From the NCBI GenBank assembly GCA_964348095.1, contig CAYGBK010000015.1:3840-67839 (forward strand): 64,000 bases of DNA. The letters are read 5' to 3'. Under the pieces are notes generated by a model. The model made no database searches. It was not told where the DNA came from and was given only the letters and a program-made list of their open reading frames with translations. The stretch comes from an uncultured Thermodesulfobacteriota bacterium (GTDB lineage: Bacteria; Desulfobacterota; BSN033; WVXP01). Below are positions 10,291-20,790 of the stretch, piece after piece (position 1 is the stretch's first letter; every line of letters starts with the position of its first letter). The position numbers and the translations under genes are program-made.

Positions 10291-10720
10291 ACTTAGTTAT
10301 TACTCCCTAGGACAACAAAGGAAGAGAGCATTAGAGTCGTATACCGGAAGAGGGGCCGTGAGTAACGTGATCGGGTTCCGACCCTGTATTGGGAAAGTGT
10401 CTTCTGTATTCCGGTAGGCTGGATGAGATGCGTTTGGTGTTCTGTTTTCACCAGCCAAAGAAATGACGGGAGAGGCGTTCCCACAGTGGATCGGTCAGCA
10501 TGATTTCTTCCCTAAGTCAGACCGACCTGCCCAAGCTAATCCGAATGTCAAGAGTGGGGTATTGGGGGAAATGTCAATATTTCACAAGAGTCTTTTATTC
10601 CCGTAAACCCTGTCTGCTCAATCTAAATCCAAATCTGCCTGTCTTGTTTTTTTCCCTCAATCCCTTAAAATGGATGCCAACAGAACGTGGTGAAAGAACG
10701 CTGAGTCGATCTAATCTATA

Positions 10721-11308
10721 ATGCTTGCCGGAAGAAAGAATCGAGTTATGGACGCTGCACGGCACCACACCCCTACTATAATCGCAACGCTTGTCGACAA
10801 TCACCAGCGCTTCCTTTCGTTCCTCACGCGTCGTGTGGGTAATCCATCCGACGCCGAGGAAATCCTCCAGGCTGCCTTCGTCAAGGGCGTGGAGAAATCG
10901 GATTCGATTCGCGACGGCGAGACCGTCGTGGCGTGGTTCTATCGCCTGCTGCGAAACGCGGTTATCGATTACTACCGCCACCGGGATGCCGAACGCCGTG
11001 CGTTGGAACGCGTGGCTGGAATGGGCACTGAAACGGAGTCCGTGAAAGCAGATTTCGAAAGTGCCGTTTGCCAGTGTGTGAATGATCTGTTGCCGACCCT
11101 AAAGAACGACTATGCTGTGCTGCTCAGGCGTGTTGACTTGGAGGGCGTAAGTATTCCAGAAGTCGCGAAGGAGGCAGGCATCACAGAGAACAACACACGG
11201 GTGAAACTCCACCGCGCCCGGACAACCCTGCGCAAACAGCTCGAGATAAGCTGTGGAAGCTGCGCCGAGCATGGGTGCCTCGACTGCACCTGCCAGCGGC
11301 CCGACTGA
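10721..11308 (+). CDS. ECF-type RNA polymerase sigma factor with Cys-rich C-terminal extension (CorE-like)
   Basis: Sigma-70 region 2 (LQAAFVKGVEK...WFYRLLRNAVIDYYR) and region 4 (LLRRVDLEGVSIPEVAKEAGI). CQC in the linker and C-terminal CGSCAEHGCLDCTC. Alternative start at 10748 (MDAARHH). Confidence 0.75.
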   Translation: MLAGRKNRVMDAARHHTPTIIATLVDNHQRFLSFLTRRVGNPSDAEEILQAAFVKGVEKSDSIRDGETVVAWFYRLLRNAVIDYYRHRDAERRALERVAGMGTETESVKADFESAVCQCVNDLLPTLKNDYAVLLRRVDLEGVSIPEVAKEAGITENNTRVKLHRARTTLRKQLEISCGSCAEHGCLDCTCQRPD

Positions 11309-11410
11309 ACCACGAAGCCCCCCGGTGTAATGCCTGCCCATGTCATCCGTCTACCTCGGTGAAGAGTCATACAGTACCCGTCGTCAAACCAATTTAGAAA
11401 TGGGAGTGAG

Positions 11411-11737
11411 ATGCAATACTGGTTCTACCTTGCTTGGGCCATACTTCTTGAGGTTGCCGGTACGACGTCAATGAAGCTATCCAAAGGCTTCACGAACCCA
11501 GTTCCGTCTATTCTGCTCTTTGTATTCTACCCGGCTTCGTTTGTGGCATTTACGTTCGCGCTGCGAAGGGTTGATATCGGTTTTGGCTATGCAGCCTGGT
11601 CTGGTGTGGGTACCGCCTTAATAGCTACAATTGGAATTCTTTATTTTCGGGAACCTGCTACGGCCCTTAAGCTCGTCAGCATTGGATTCATTATTGCTGG
11701 TGTTTTCGGACTCAATCTTAGCGGAGCTAACCATTGA
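11411..11737 (+). CDS. small multidrug resistance (SMR/EmrE-family) transporter
   Basis: 108 aa, four predicted TM segments, N-terminus MQYWFYLAWAILLEVAGTTSMKLSKGF matches the SMR signature region with the conserved Glu. RBS GGAGTGAG. Confidence 0.8.
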   Translation: MQYWFYLAWAILLEVAGTTSMKLSKGFTNPVPSILLFVFYPASFVAFTFALRRVDIGFGYAAWSGVGTALIATIGILYFREPATALKLVSIGFIIAGVFGLNLSGANH

Positions 11738-11845
11738 ACATTAAATGCCTTCATAATGTTCTTCGGACGCAACAAGATCTCGTGGCGTTTTGGGGTAGAC
11801 GCCTTGCAAGCGCCCCTTAGCGGCAATGAGATAAGGAGGTATATG

Positions 11846-12490
11846 ATGAGGTTATCAAAGCAGAAGATCCGTTCTAATTATGACTCGGCAGCGAAATACT
11901 ACGATTTCGCTCTGCTGCTCTATGGGATCATAGGCATTCGCAAAGCCTATCGTTTACGCGCGGTAAAACTCTTACGTCTTCAACACGGAGACTGTGTTGT
12001 CGAGCTCGGCTGCGGGACCGGCTTAAATTTCCCCCCTATTATCGAACGAATAGGGCCGGAAGGGCGGTTGATAGGGGTTGATCTGAGCCCTAGAATGCTT
12101 GCGTGCGCGGGGGAGCGGGTTGAGCGCGCTGGCTGGAAAAACGTGGAGCTAATCCGGTCAGATATCGCCGCATATAACTTTCCAGAAGGGGTAAACGGCG
12201 TCTTATCAACTGGCGTTTTTGGATACATAGCCGATTATGATGACGTGATTAAGGCGGCCTCGCACGCTCTCGTTCCGGGTGGTCGACTGGCAATTATGGA
12301 TGGTAAACGGCCGGAGCACTTACCTTCATTGGTCTTTAATCTCATTGTGCGGTTGTCTCGATCCTTTGGGGTTACGCGTGATTATTTCGATAACCGTACC
12401 TGGGAATCAGTAGAGCGATATTTTAGGGAAACTGCCTTCGAGCAGATGTACGGAGGCATGATATACATCTCATCCGGCACGGCAGCATAG
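11846..12490 (+). CDS. class I SAM-dependent methyltransferase
   Basis: Motif I VVELGCGTGLN. RBS AAGGAGG 6 nt before the ATG at 11846. The ORF-track start at 11756 is probably too far upstream. Confidence 0.7.
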   Translation: MRLSKQKIRSNYDSAAKYYDFALLLYGIIGIRKAYRLRAVKLLRLQHGDCVVELGCGTGLNFPPIIERIGPEGRLIGVDLSPRMLACAGERVERAGWKNVELIRSDIAAYNFPEGVNGVLSTGVFGYIADYDDVIKAASHALVPGGRLAIMDGKRPEHLPSLVFNLIVRLSRSFGVTRDYFDNRTWESVERYFRETAFEQMYGGMIYISSGTAA

Positions 12491-12797
12491 CGGACGGCCG
12501 AGCAAGGCGCTGAATGCGACAGAGCTAACTCAGCGCCTTGGCGCTATCATTGGTCGCGGCACACGATAAGGGCTACGCTAACCCAGGCAAAACGAGCTGC
12601 AAGCGTGTGCCTCGGAATTGGCTTGAGGACGTTATCTGCCAGAGGCCATCAGTCCTAATTCCGTCGGTTTGCCGGGGAATTCTGTCGCAATCACGATCGA
12701 GGGAAACAGAAGAATCCATATGTCAAGAAAAAGGACGGCAGGGCTATCCCTGACCCTGCCAACCGTTTCCTTTGAGGACTGTGGGACCCCCTGAGCC

Positions 12798-14871
12798 TTA
12801 TTCCAACATGAAACCTAAGAACGGTCTCCCCCACCGTCGTTCCATACGTATCTCCCATCTGATTATGTTTGTCCAGAATCTCAGGGCTCGAGGGGACCTC
12901 TGTGTAAAGGCCTTTAGGAAAGAGGAAATCTCGCGTGAATTATGGATCACTCCCTCATGACCAGCCAAGACGTCTGACACTGCCTCTGGGTTTTCGGTGA
13001 TCAGGTGTGCCGCTTCAGGCATCAACTCTGGATTGGCGAGAAGCACCTCCAGGGCCTCTTCAGAATACTTGTAGAGCAATCTCGTGTATAGCCTTCCCTT
13101 TCTCGTTTTCATGAGAAACTCATCGCGGTATTCACGCAAGATGTCGAGATCAGACTGAGACTCAAAAAGATCGACATAGGCTGTTTCCCACCCATCATCT
13201 CCGCCGCAGACCGGGGCTATGTCCATTTCGACCGCCAACAGGGCCTCTTTGACCTGGTCGCAATCGTCGGGAGTGGTTACACCTGGAATAATCAGATCCT
13301 GGCAGGCCTGGTTCAACGCGTTATAATCATCGACAAAAGAAGACGATGGCGTCAGGTACGTGGTCAACGCGCGATAATGAACCTGACCCATTTTATCGAG
13401 CCCAATGCCACGGATGTCTCGACCGTTGAACGTAGCGCCTACCGTCATCAAATAAGCGGCCTTGTTTGGAATTGCGCTGTTTATGTGGACACCGCCATTG
13501 TCACTCCGCGTACACAGGAATTTGGAGCTCATATCGGGATGTCCGAACCTCGTTGGATCGGCCATATCCCGAATTTCCCCTATAGGGAGGTCTTCTCCGA
13601 GCAACCAGTCGACATCACCCGTATCCGTCCCCTCGCCATTGATCAGATCGACGGTCTCCCCGAAAATGTCTGAGAAAGATTCATTGAGAGCGCTGGATTC
13701 AAATCTATAAATCAACCCCGCCGAGCACTCTGTGACCGCATGAGTCAATTCATGGGCCGTCACGTCGTCGACCGTGAAACCGTCTCCAAAGACCATTTGC
13801 TGACCATTCCAGAAGGCATTTCGATAGTTCGTGTCGTAGTGAACTGTGGCCCGCATCTGAGCTCCACGTTCGTCGTAACTGTCACGGCCGAAATTGTTGA
13901 AAAAGTAGTCGTACGTGTCCCCCAAGAAGTCGTAGGCGTCATCCGTATCTCGATCACCCGTGGGGGATCTCCCTTCAGAACGCCTCAGGGTGCCGGGAAG
14001 GCGGGTGTCGTGATTCGCATCATGGATCTGTCGGTCCCGGACGGTATCCAGCTCATTGTAGCTGGTCAGAATCGCACCGGTCTGAGCATCGACGACATAA
14101 AGATTCCGTGAAGGCTCATCCTCATCAAAAATACGAACCAACCATGCCAGATGGTCACCTGCGACAGCAGGATCGATGTGCCCGCTATAGATCCGCAGGA
14201 CTGGTTCTTCCCAGAGTCCCCCTCCCTGGCTGAACGGCTCTCACTGCGGTTATGGCAGCATCGCTGTCAATGGTGGGCTGAGGAGGAATATCCAGGTTAG
14301 GAATAAATCGGCCATTGACGACGCGGACCGTTGTACCGTCAGGGTCATAGTGGACGATCACCTCCGCGCCATGAACGAGAACCCCTTGGTGGAACTGCTG
14401 GAGGTTGACGTGGATCATACCGATTTTGTCCACCTTTCTTTCCTGAAAGACCAGCTCACGCTGGGCATTGGGCATTCCCAACAAATCCTCGTATCGAGCG
14501 AGGAAGTTCGATACGGCACCAGAAGGGCTCACGGTCAATGACTGACGATCCGCTCCGATGTCGAGACCGCGACGGCTGCGAAGGAATCGGACCGCCCCGG
14601 TGGCCCGATCACGAGTAATCTCGAAATCCTGCTAGGGAGTAGAGATTTCCTCTGATGACGGTGAAGCCCCCAAAGCGAGGTCGAAAGATAGGATTGACAG
14701 CACGGTGAACAGAGAAATCGCCAAAAATGAGACAAAACAGAATCGGAACACCCCTTTGATATTCACGATCCTCCGTCCTTTCTGAATAGAAATGTTCAAG
14801 ACATGGATCACTCCCGGAATGGTCACGTCCACGCCTAAGATTCGTTGGGTGCGGTTCAGACACAAATCCAA
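12798..14871 (-). pseudogene. M4 (thermolysin-like) zinc metalloprotease, disrupted by an in-frame TAG (14632-14634) and a frameshift near 14190-14230
   Basis: Three collinear pieces in two frames. (1) Signal/anchor 14871..14635. (2) FTP/PepSY propeptide 14538..14185. (3) Catalytic domain 14141..12798 with HELTHAVTECSAGLIYRFESSALNESFSDIFGE (thermolysin HEXXH + E). The frameshift lies next to a C5 homopolymer (tccccctccc). Confidence 0.6.
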
Positions 14872-14945
14872 CGTTTGGTCTTCTCAAGTTTCTGTTTTCT
14901 AAAGTCCGGCACGGGTGAGAAGACGGTTGGCCGGCAAAGGGAGTG

Positions 14946-15455
14946 CTATTCCTGATTTACCGACAAGTACGCATTGATAAAGGTGTCCACCAGTTCTTTG
15001 ACCTGATCTCGGATGGTGGATAGCTTATGAGACGTCCCCGTCACAGAAGTCGACCAGGTCGTTGCAGATGTCTCGACGCCCGGTGATCTGACAAGAGACA
15101 CGCCCTGGGACAGCTCGAGCTTGATGTTGAAGATGTACCTGTCGAGAGATCCATACTTTAGAACCTTTGCGTTCACGTAGAGAAGTGGTTTTCCGGGCAT
15201 CACGGCAGACTCCTCTGAGGAGACGACCCTGATTCCTGCCAACCGAAGTTTCAACTCTGTATCCTTTTGAAGCTGGTCCAAGGTTAGCCCGTTCTTTTCT
15301 ATCACCCACTTCAAGGGAGCCACCACCACCCTGACCCCATCGAGACCGCGCAGTGTTTGTCGGGTCGAGCCGTTATCTGGGGCGAAGGCGAACCCGTCCG
15401 GTCGAACCAGGGCCAGGGCCAAAGTGATTAGTGCAATCCAGAGTTTTGGCTTCAT
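14946..15455 (-). CDS. secreted hypothetical protein, immediately upstream of the M4 protease (same strand)
   Basis: Strong RBS AGGAGGAGG. Signal peptide MKPKLWIALITLALALV. No recognisable domain. Confidence 0.6.
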   Translation of the reverse strand: MKPKLWIALITLALALVRPDGFAFAPDNGSTRQTLRGLDGVRVVVAPLKWVIEKNGLTLDQLQKDTELKLRLAGIRVVSSEESAVMPGKPLLYVNAKVLKYGSLDRYIFNIKLELSQGVSLVRSPGVETSATTWSTSVTGTSHKLSTIRDQVKELVDTFINAYLSVNQE

Positions 15456-16187
15456 CTTACTTCCTCCTCCTTTCTAGTTTCGCTCAATGTCTTCATTCGT
15501 CTCCGACACCGTGTGGTGCGAAGAATCGGATGACTCTGAGTGGTTTTTATCGGTCATCCGGAGTACGTCGCCTCAGCATCTAGTGACCTGAAGTATTCGT
15601 CGGCGTGACAGAAATCGATATGCCCACGGCTAACCCTTCTCGGAATTGGGAGTGAACAAAAGGGTTCTCCCTGGCACGCAATTCTGTGAGTTACTTTCTC
15701 TTGTCTTATTCTCTAGTCTCGACTGAGCTAAGAGCAATAAGGGTGCCGTAATTGAATAAAAGAGCGGTCGTTCTGAAGGGGCTGTAGTATTAACCAATTA
15801 TGAGGAAAAGTCAGGGCCCCTAAAAGGGAATCACCCCCTATATCCGAATCGTGATTTTTCAACTATGAAATTTCTGATTACAGAAACGTAATTTCCGAAC
15901 TGGTGAAATGATGACAGATTTCCATCTGAGACACGATGTTCCGATAACAAGGGGATCCATGAGATGAATTCCAGATACGCGGGAGATCCCTCACACTGTT
16001 CTCGGGAGGATAAACATCGGGGAGGCGGTCGAAGGAGGGACGGCTTCTATTCAGAATTGAGAGGGTGGACGGTCTTTCAGAGGGATCCTAGAAAAGAGGC
16101 AGCCGGCAGGTGAGGGGGTGTTCGGTTCGGGAGAAACACCTCTCCTCTGCGAAGAGAGACTCTTTACAGAACACGCCCCGCCCGACC

Positions 16188-16388
16188 TCAGAGACTCTCT
16201 ATAGGGGTCATCTTCCATCCGACCCTGTATCGCTGGCCACAACTGGGGCAGATCAGCACGATCTCGTGATAGCCATCCTTACTTTCGAAGGAGACGTGAA
16301 ATCCATTTTCGTACTGACACTTGTCACAGATGTGAAATTCTCTATTGATCTTTCTCTCGGTTACTCCATCCACAATTGAAAACCTCAA
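16188..16388 (-). CDS. small zinc-ribbon protein (CxxC...CxxC)
   Basis: HICDKCQ ... ICPSCGQ, 66 aa. TTG/GTG start, no clear RBS. Confidence 0.3.
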   Translation of the reverse strand: MRFSIVDGVTERKINREFHICDKCQYENGFHVSFESKDGYHEIVLICPSCGQRYRVGWKMTPIESL

Positions 16389-16605
16389 TCAACGTGACCT
16401 AAAAAGGGCAGGTGGACCACCTCGAAGAAGTGTACCTTAATGGAGATACCCTAATAGAGATCCAGGAGCGTTGTCAAGAACGGCGAGGTGTTTTGCCTGT
16501 TCCCTCCGCTTAGCCATCATACTGGATAGGATAGGGTATCTGTATTCGCCTTGAACGAATGTGTTATAGAATTAGTAAGAGACCCTTGGCACAAGGGGGT
16601 AAACC

Positions 16606-16791
16606 ATGAAAAAAGCCGCAACTGGGTACTGTGTTATCTGCTGTGCAGATGGCTGCAGTATGAAGAGCAATATTTCCGAGATGGTGTGTGCAGGTGAGTC
16701 TGAAAAAGCTGGCTGCACGTCATTCTGGACGAGTCTGAGAGAGATGTGTGGGTTGCCGATGAGCGGGCTCTGGACCTGCGACAGTTGGTAA
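16606..16791 (+). CDS. small cysteine-rich protein (8 Cys in 61 aa)
   Basis: RBS GGGGGT 5 nt upstream of ATG. MKKAATGYCVICCADGCSMKSNISEMVCAGESEKAGCTSFWTSLREMCGLPMSGLWTCDSW. Confidence 0.45.
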   Translation: MKKAATGYCVICCADGCSMKSNISEMVCAGESEKAGCTSFWTSLREMCGLPMSGLWTCDSW

Positions 16792-16815
16792 GATACAGAC
16801 GCAATCTGCCGACTC

Positions 16816-17100
16816 ATGATTTCAACGCGACGGGGAGTTGGTTCGGTCGTACCCGGCGAAAAACCTGTCGTAGCGGGCGAAACTGCGCGAGAGGTTTCCT
16901 TACCACGTTGGACACCGGCGTATAGAACATTGAAAGTCAGTCGAAGGCCAGCCACGTTTCAATGTAAGACGTGTTGCAAGGAATTCACGGTCGACCAAGA
17001 CGATCCTTTCCTCAGGTATTTGACCCGGGGGAGCGAGGTGCCGATGACGTGTCCCCACTGCCGGACAGACCGAATCAGCGAGTTTCGAGGCACGAAGTGA
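16816..17100 (+). CDS. FmdB-like zinc-ribbon protein (true start probably internal)
   Basis: FQCKTCCKEF ... CPHCRT paired CxxC motifs typical of the FmdB regulatory zinc-ribbon family. Confidence 0.35.
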   Translation: MISTRRGVGSVVPGEKPVVAGETAREVSLPRWTPAYRTLKVSRRPATFQCKTCCKEFTVDQDDPFLRYLTRGSEVPMTCPHCRTDRISEFRGTK

Positions 17101-17623
17101 TCTTCGGTCAATTCGGCCCTCAAATTTAGAAATCTAGTGAATACAATCCCGCCATTATCGGAAATCGGTCACCGAAGCGGAATTCAGCCTGAGCTGACGC
17201 CGCGGGCCACTCGAGGGCCTCACCGAATCTCTTAGTGTCAATCCCGACTATTCGCAAAGAACTGCCGTTCTTCTTCAAGAGATCCCCGAAAGGAAGACCG
17301 CGGAGCCGTGACAGGGGGTTGCTGAACCTCTGGGATAGGGCAAAAGCGTATCGAAAGGACGGGAGTGGCCGCCTGTGTCTCAGGTAGGATGTCATCTTTT
17401 TCATCGGATAAATGCTCGGCAGAGCATTGGGCCGTTCAACTCGACATGGATTGAAATCCAGTTTTGACGAAGGGATGATCTGAGATCCCAAATGGTGGTA
17501 TTCACCGAGGTTTGGAGTAGGGATGCCCAGTCCCGTCGGTTTTGCCTAGACTTTCTTGACGAAAAAATGAGATCTTTCCCTATTGACTTGGAACAACATG
17601 TGACCCGGACATTCGCGGAGAGG

Positions 17624-18511
17624 ATGATGGAAAGGACAGCCAAGGGCACGATTACGACCATCGCCGCCTTTTTCCTGTGGGGGATTCTCCCGACATATTG
17701 GAAGGCCTTGAATCATGTCTCCGCGGTTGAGATTCTTGCCCATCGGATCGTTTGGTCCTTGATCTTCGTGATAGTCTTGTTCTTGATCCAGGGGAATTGG
17801 AAGGAGGCAAAGAGGGTCATATCATCTCCTGATGGGCGAATTTTTCTCGTCACATCCTTTCTGATTGGAGCGAACTGGTTAACCTATATCTATGCCGTCA
17901 ATACAAACCAGATTGTTGAGGCGAGCCTCGGATACTTCATCAACCCCCTGTTCATTGTCCTTTTGGGTATCGTTTTTCTGCGGGAACGTCTCAACGTGTG
18001 GCAGACAATCGCTTTGCTGTTGGCATTTATTGGCGTTCTTTTCATGACCATGCAGTACGGTCGAATACCGTGGATCGCCTTGGTTCTGGCATTCACATTC
18101 GGAATCTACGGCCTGCTGCGGAAGACCGCGAAAGCCGAATCAATGGTCGGCCTCCTATGTGAGACGGGGGTTCTCACGCCGATTGCTTCGGTCTATCTCC
18201 TTGTTCTGGGTCTTCGAGGGGCAGTTGCCTTCGGCTCCAGCGGATTGTGGACGAATCTCTTGATGGCTGGGACAGGCGTGGTCACCGCGGGTCCATTACT
18301 CCTGTTTGCTTATGGGGCACGGAGAATCCAATACTCGACCGTTGGCTTTCTCCAGTACATCTCTCCAACTGGGATGCTACTTGTCGGCGTCTTCCTGTAT
18401 AAAGAGCCATTCACCCAAACTCATGGAATCTCCTTTGGCCTTGTTTGGATGGCAATAACCATTTACGCGATTTCTAGTTTCGCCCGTTACCGGAACCAGG
18501 TCGCATCCTGA
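17624..18511 (+). CDS. rarD: RarD / EamA-family (DMT superfamily) permease
   Basis: TIAAFFLWGILPTYWKAL... and 10 TM helices, two EamA repeats. Likely start MMERTAK at 17624 after GGAGAGG. Confidence 0.7.
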   Translation: MMERTAKGTITTIAAFFLWGILPTYWKALNHVSAVEILAHRIVWSLIFVIVLFLIQGNWKEAKRVISSPDGRIFLVTSFLIGANWLTYIYAVNTNQIVEASLGYFINPLFIVLLGIVFLRERLNVWQTIALLLAFIGVLFMTMQYGRIPWIALVLAFTFGIYGLLRKTAKAESMVGLLCETGVLTPIASVYLLVLGLRGAVAFGSSGLWTNLLMAGTGVVTAGPLLLFAYGARRIQYSTVGFLQYISPTGMLLVGVFLYKEPFTQTHGISFGLVWMAITIYAISSFARYRNQVAS

Positions 18512-18680
18512 TCATGCCGTTTTGTTATCAAGTGTGGACGGCTGACCGAATTGAGTACCAGTGGTCATACAATTTTCGTTCACCGAAAAAGGGCTCGATC
18601 GATCCGACATGGGGAACGTGGAAATATGGTAGTCCTCTCTCTAGTGACAAACTTCGGACGACCACCAGGGGTGGCTACTC

Positions 18681-19592
18681 ATGAATGACAGAAAGATGGT
18701 TTTCTGCGTGTTTGTCTTCTTGATGGTGCTTTTCCAGCCTGCAATTGCCCAAGAGAGAAATATTGTTCAGACAGAACACGTTGTTGTTGTTTTTGAGAAG
18801 ACCTTCGGCCGTGCGGCGGAAGAACTGTTGGAAGTCTACGGTCTCGTGAGGACTGAGCTGGAGGGAGCCCTCACATGGCCGGTGAGTTTCAGGCCAACCA
18901 TCGTGCTCGTAAACGAGAGAGAGGTGTTCGAACACATGGCGGGGAGTGATCTCACCGTTGCCTTTGCTATTCCTGAAAAAAAGCTCATCGTCATTGACTA
19001 TTCAAGCGTGACCAGGCGACCTTTCTCTCTGAGAACAATCCTGAAGCACGAACTGTCTCATCTCCTACTTCACGATCAGATCAGGGGTGGCAACCTTCCG
19101 AAATGGCTCGACGAGGGGGTTTCTCAATGGTTGAGTGACGGCATAGCTGAGATCATGATGGATGGGCAGCGATCTATTCTCAGGGAAGCAGTTTTATCGG
19201 GGACCTACCTGAGGCTCGAGGAATTGGAGGAGGGTTTCCCCACTGACAGACGATCCCTCTTGCTCGCTTACGAGGAGAGCAGAAGCCTTGTGGAGTTTAT
19301 CGGCAGCGAGTTTGGCACGAAGGGAATTACAAATATCCTCGAACATCTGAAAGAGGGGGATACGATAGACGTTGCAATCGACAAAAGTCTTTCAATCTCC
19401 TTATATGACCTGGAGAAAAGATGGCATCATCATCTTCAAAAGTGGCCTACCTGGATTATCTATTTGACGGCCAACCTTTATGTGATTCTCTTCTTTCTTG
19501 CCGCGCTTGTAACGGTCCTGGCATTCATCAAGGTGATGATCAAGAAAAGAAGGATCAGGCAAGACAGGGATGACTACCCCTTGATTCACTAA
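18681..19592 (+). CDS. MA-clan zinc metallopeptidase-like protein (HExxH), secreted with C-terminal TM anchor
   Basis: Signal peptide. LKHELSHLLLH ... WLDEGVSQW (HExxH plus a downstream Glu, as in Peptidase_MA_2-type proteins). C-terminal hydrophobic helix. Confidence 0.5.
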   Translation: MNDRKMVFCVFVFLMVLFQPAIAQERNIVQTEHVVVVFEKTFGRAAEELLEVYGLVRTELEGALTWPVSFRPTIVLVNEREVFEHMAGSDLTVAFAIPEKKLIVIDYSSVTRRPFSLRTILKHELSHLLLHDQIRGGNLPKWLDEGVSQWLSDGIAEIMMDGQRSILREAVLSGTYLRLEELEEGFPTDRRSLLLAYEESRSLVEFIGSEFGTKGITNILEHLKEGDTIDVAIDKSLSISLYDLEKRWHHHLQKWPTWIIYLTANLYVILFFLAALVTVLAFIKVMIKKRRIRQDRDDYPLIH

Positions 19593-20178
19593 GGAGATAT
19601 GCCTCTTTCTTGAATAGCTTCCCCGTATGATTCGGATTTTGTTGAAAAGCCTCGATCTCCATAAAAAGCCTCTTATCCCTTCGCTCTCACTCACGTCGCC
19701 TGACGATAACCGACGCCACAGAGTCGAGGAAAGTGCTCACCGACTGGTTGACCTCTGAATTCCTGGGGGGGCCTCCACGTTCCGTGACGGTTGCTGAATC
19801 CGAATTGGCGGCGCATCTTGACAGTTTTACCAGTGATTTGCTAGCTTGAATGGGACTGCGCTAGCCCGAATTGTTCATGAGAGATTTCATCAAAAGCGTG
19901 AAAAATATATAGCATCAAAGACTTATCTTAGGATTTCGACTCGGTCACGAATGACAGTCTGTTTTTGGCGAAGATCCGATTCTGGTGACGAAATCTCTCA
20001 CTCTTTGGGCTCGCCCGCTTTGCACACTGGCTGCGTTATTGGGGTTCGAAGTACATGAGGTCGTCTTCACCCCTGCTGGTCTTGCCAGCGCCCAAATCGG
20101 GCTTCGTGAATAATCCGCGGTAAGTAACACCGAGGATTTGGTGATTTTCCCGGGGGGACAGCTTTCGGTGGGAATCCC

Positions 20179-20604
20179 TCAAAGAACGCCCTTCGAAACA
20201 ACGGTGCTTTTGGGGTCTAGTGAGGGAGGGGACGGGGGATCGAGGGACTGTTTGATGGTCTCTAGAAGTTCCTCAAAGCTGAAAGGCTTGGGGAGGACCT
20301 GAGATGCATAGCCCTCTCGGATGATTCTTTGAGCGAACGGGCTCTGTGGGTTTGCCGTAATCAAAACAATATTCGCAGTTGGATCATATCGCTTGATTTC
20401 TCTGCTTGAATCGTAACCATTCATAACAGGCATTTCTAAATCCATGAGAACGAGGTTCGGTCTGTTTTCCTTGTACTTCGCGAGCCCTTCATGACCGTTG
20501 CATGCAATCTGAACGTTCTCATACCCTCTATACTCGAGCAGCGCCATGAGCAATTTCGAGACGTGATCCTCGTCATCCACGACAAGGATTCTCTCAGCTC
20601 CCAT
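20179..20604 (-). CDS. single-domain response regulator (CheY-like receiver)
   Basis: ILVVDDEDHVSKLL...LVLMDLEMPVMNGYD...IVLITAN. No output domain. Confidence 0.8.
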   Translation of the reverse strand: MGAERILVVDDEDHVSKLLMALLEYRGYENVQIACNGHEGLAKYKENRPNLVLMDLEMPVMNGYDSSREIKRYDPTANIVLITANPQSPFAQRIIREGYASQVLPKPFSFEELLETIKQSLDPPSPPSLDPKSTVVSKGVL

Positions 20605-20790
20605 AGCTTTTCCTCTCGATATCCTTTTAGATTCATAGTAGACCACGGTTTACAATCTGTCAAGCAAAAAATACAATATGCTGTATCCTGAGGTAGAGGA
20701 CATACAATATATAGTGGTATTGTGGAAAAAAAAAGAATCCGTAAGGTCAACTATTTAGGAGGTGAATCCACAGGCTATCAACAGATTTTT

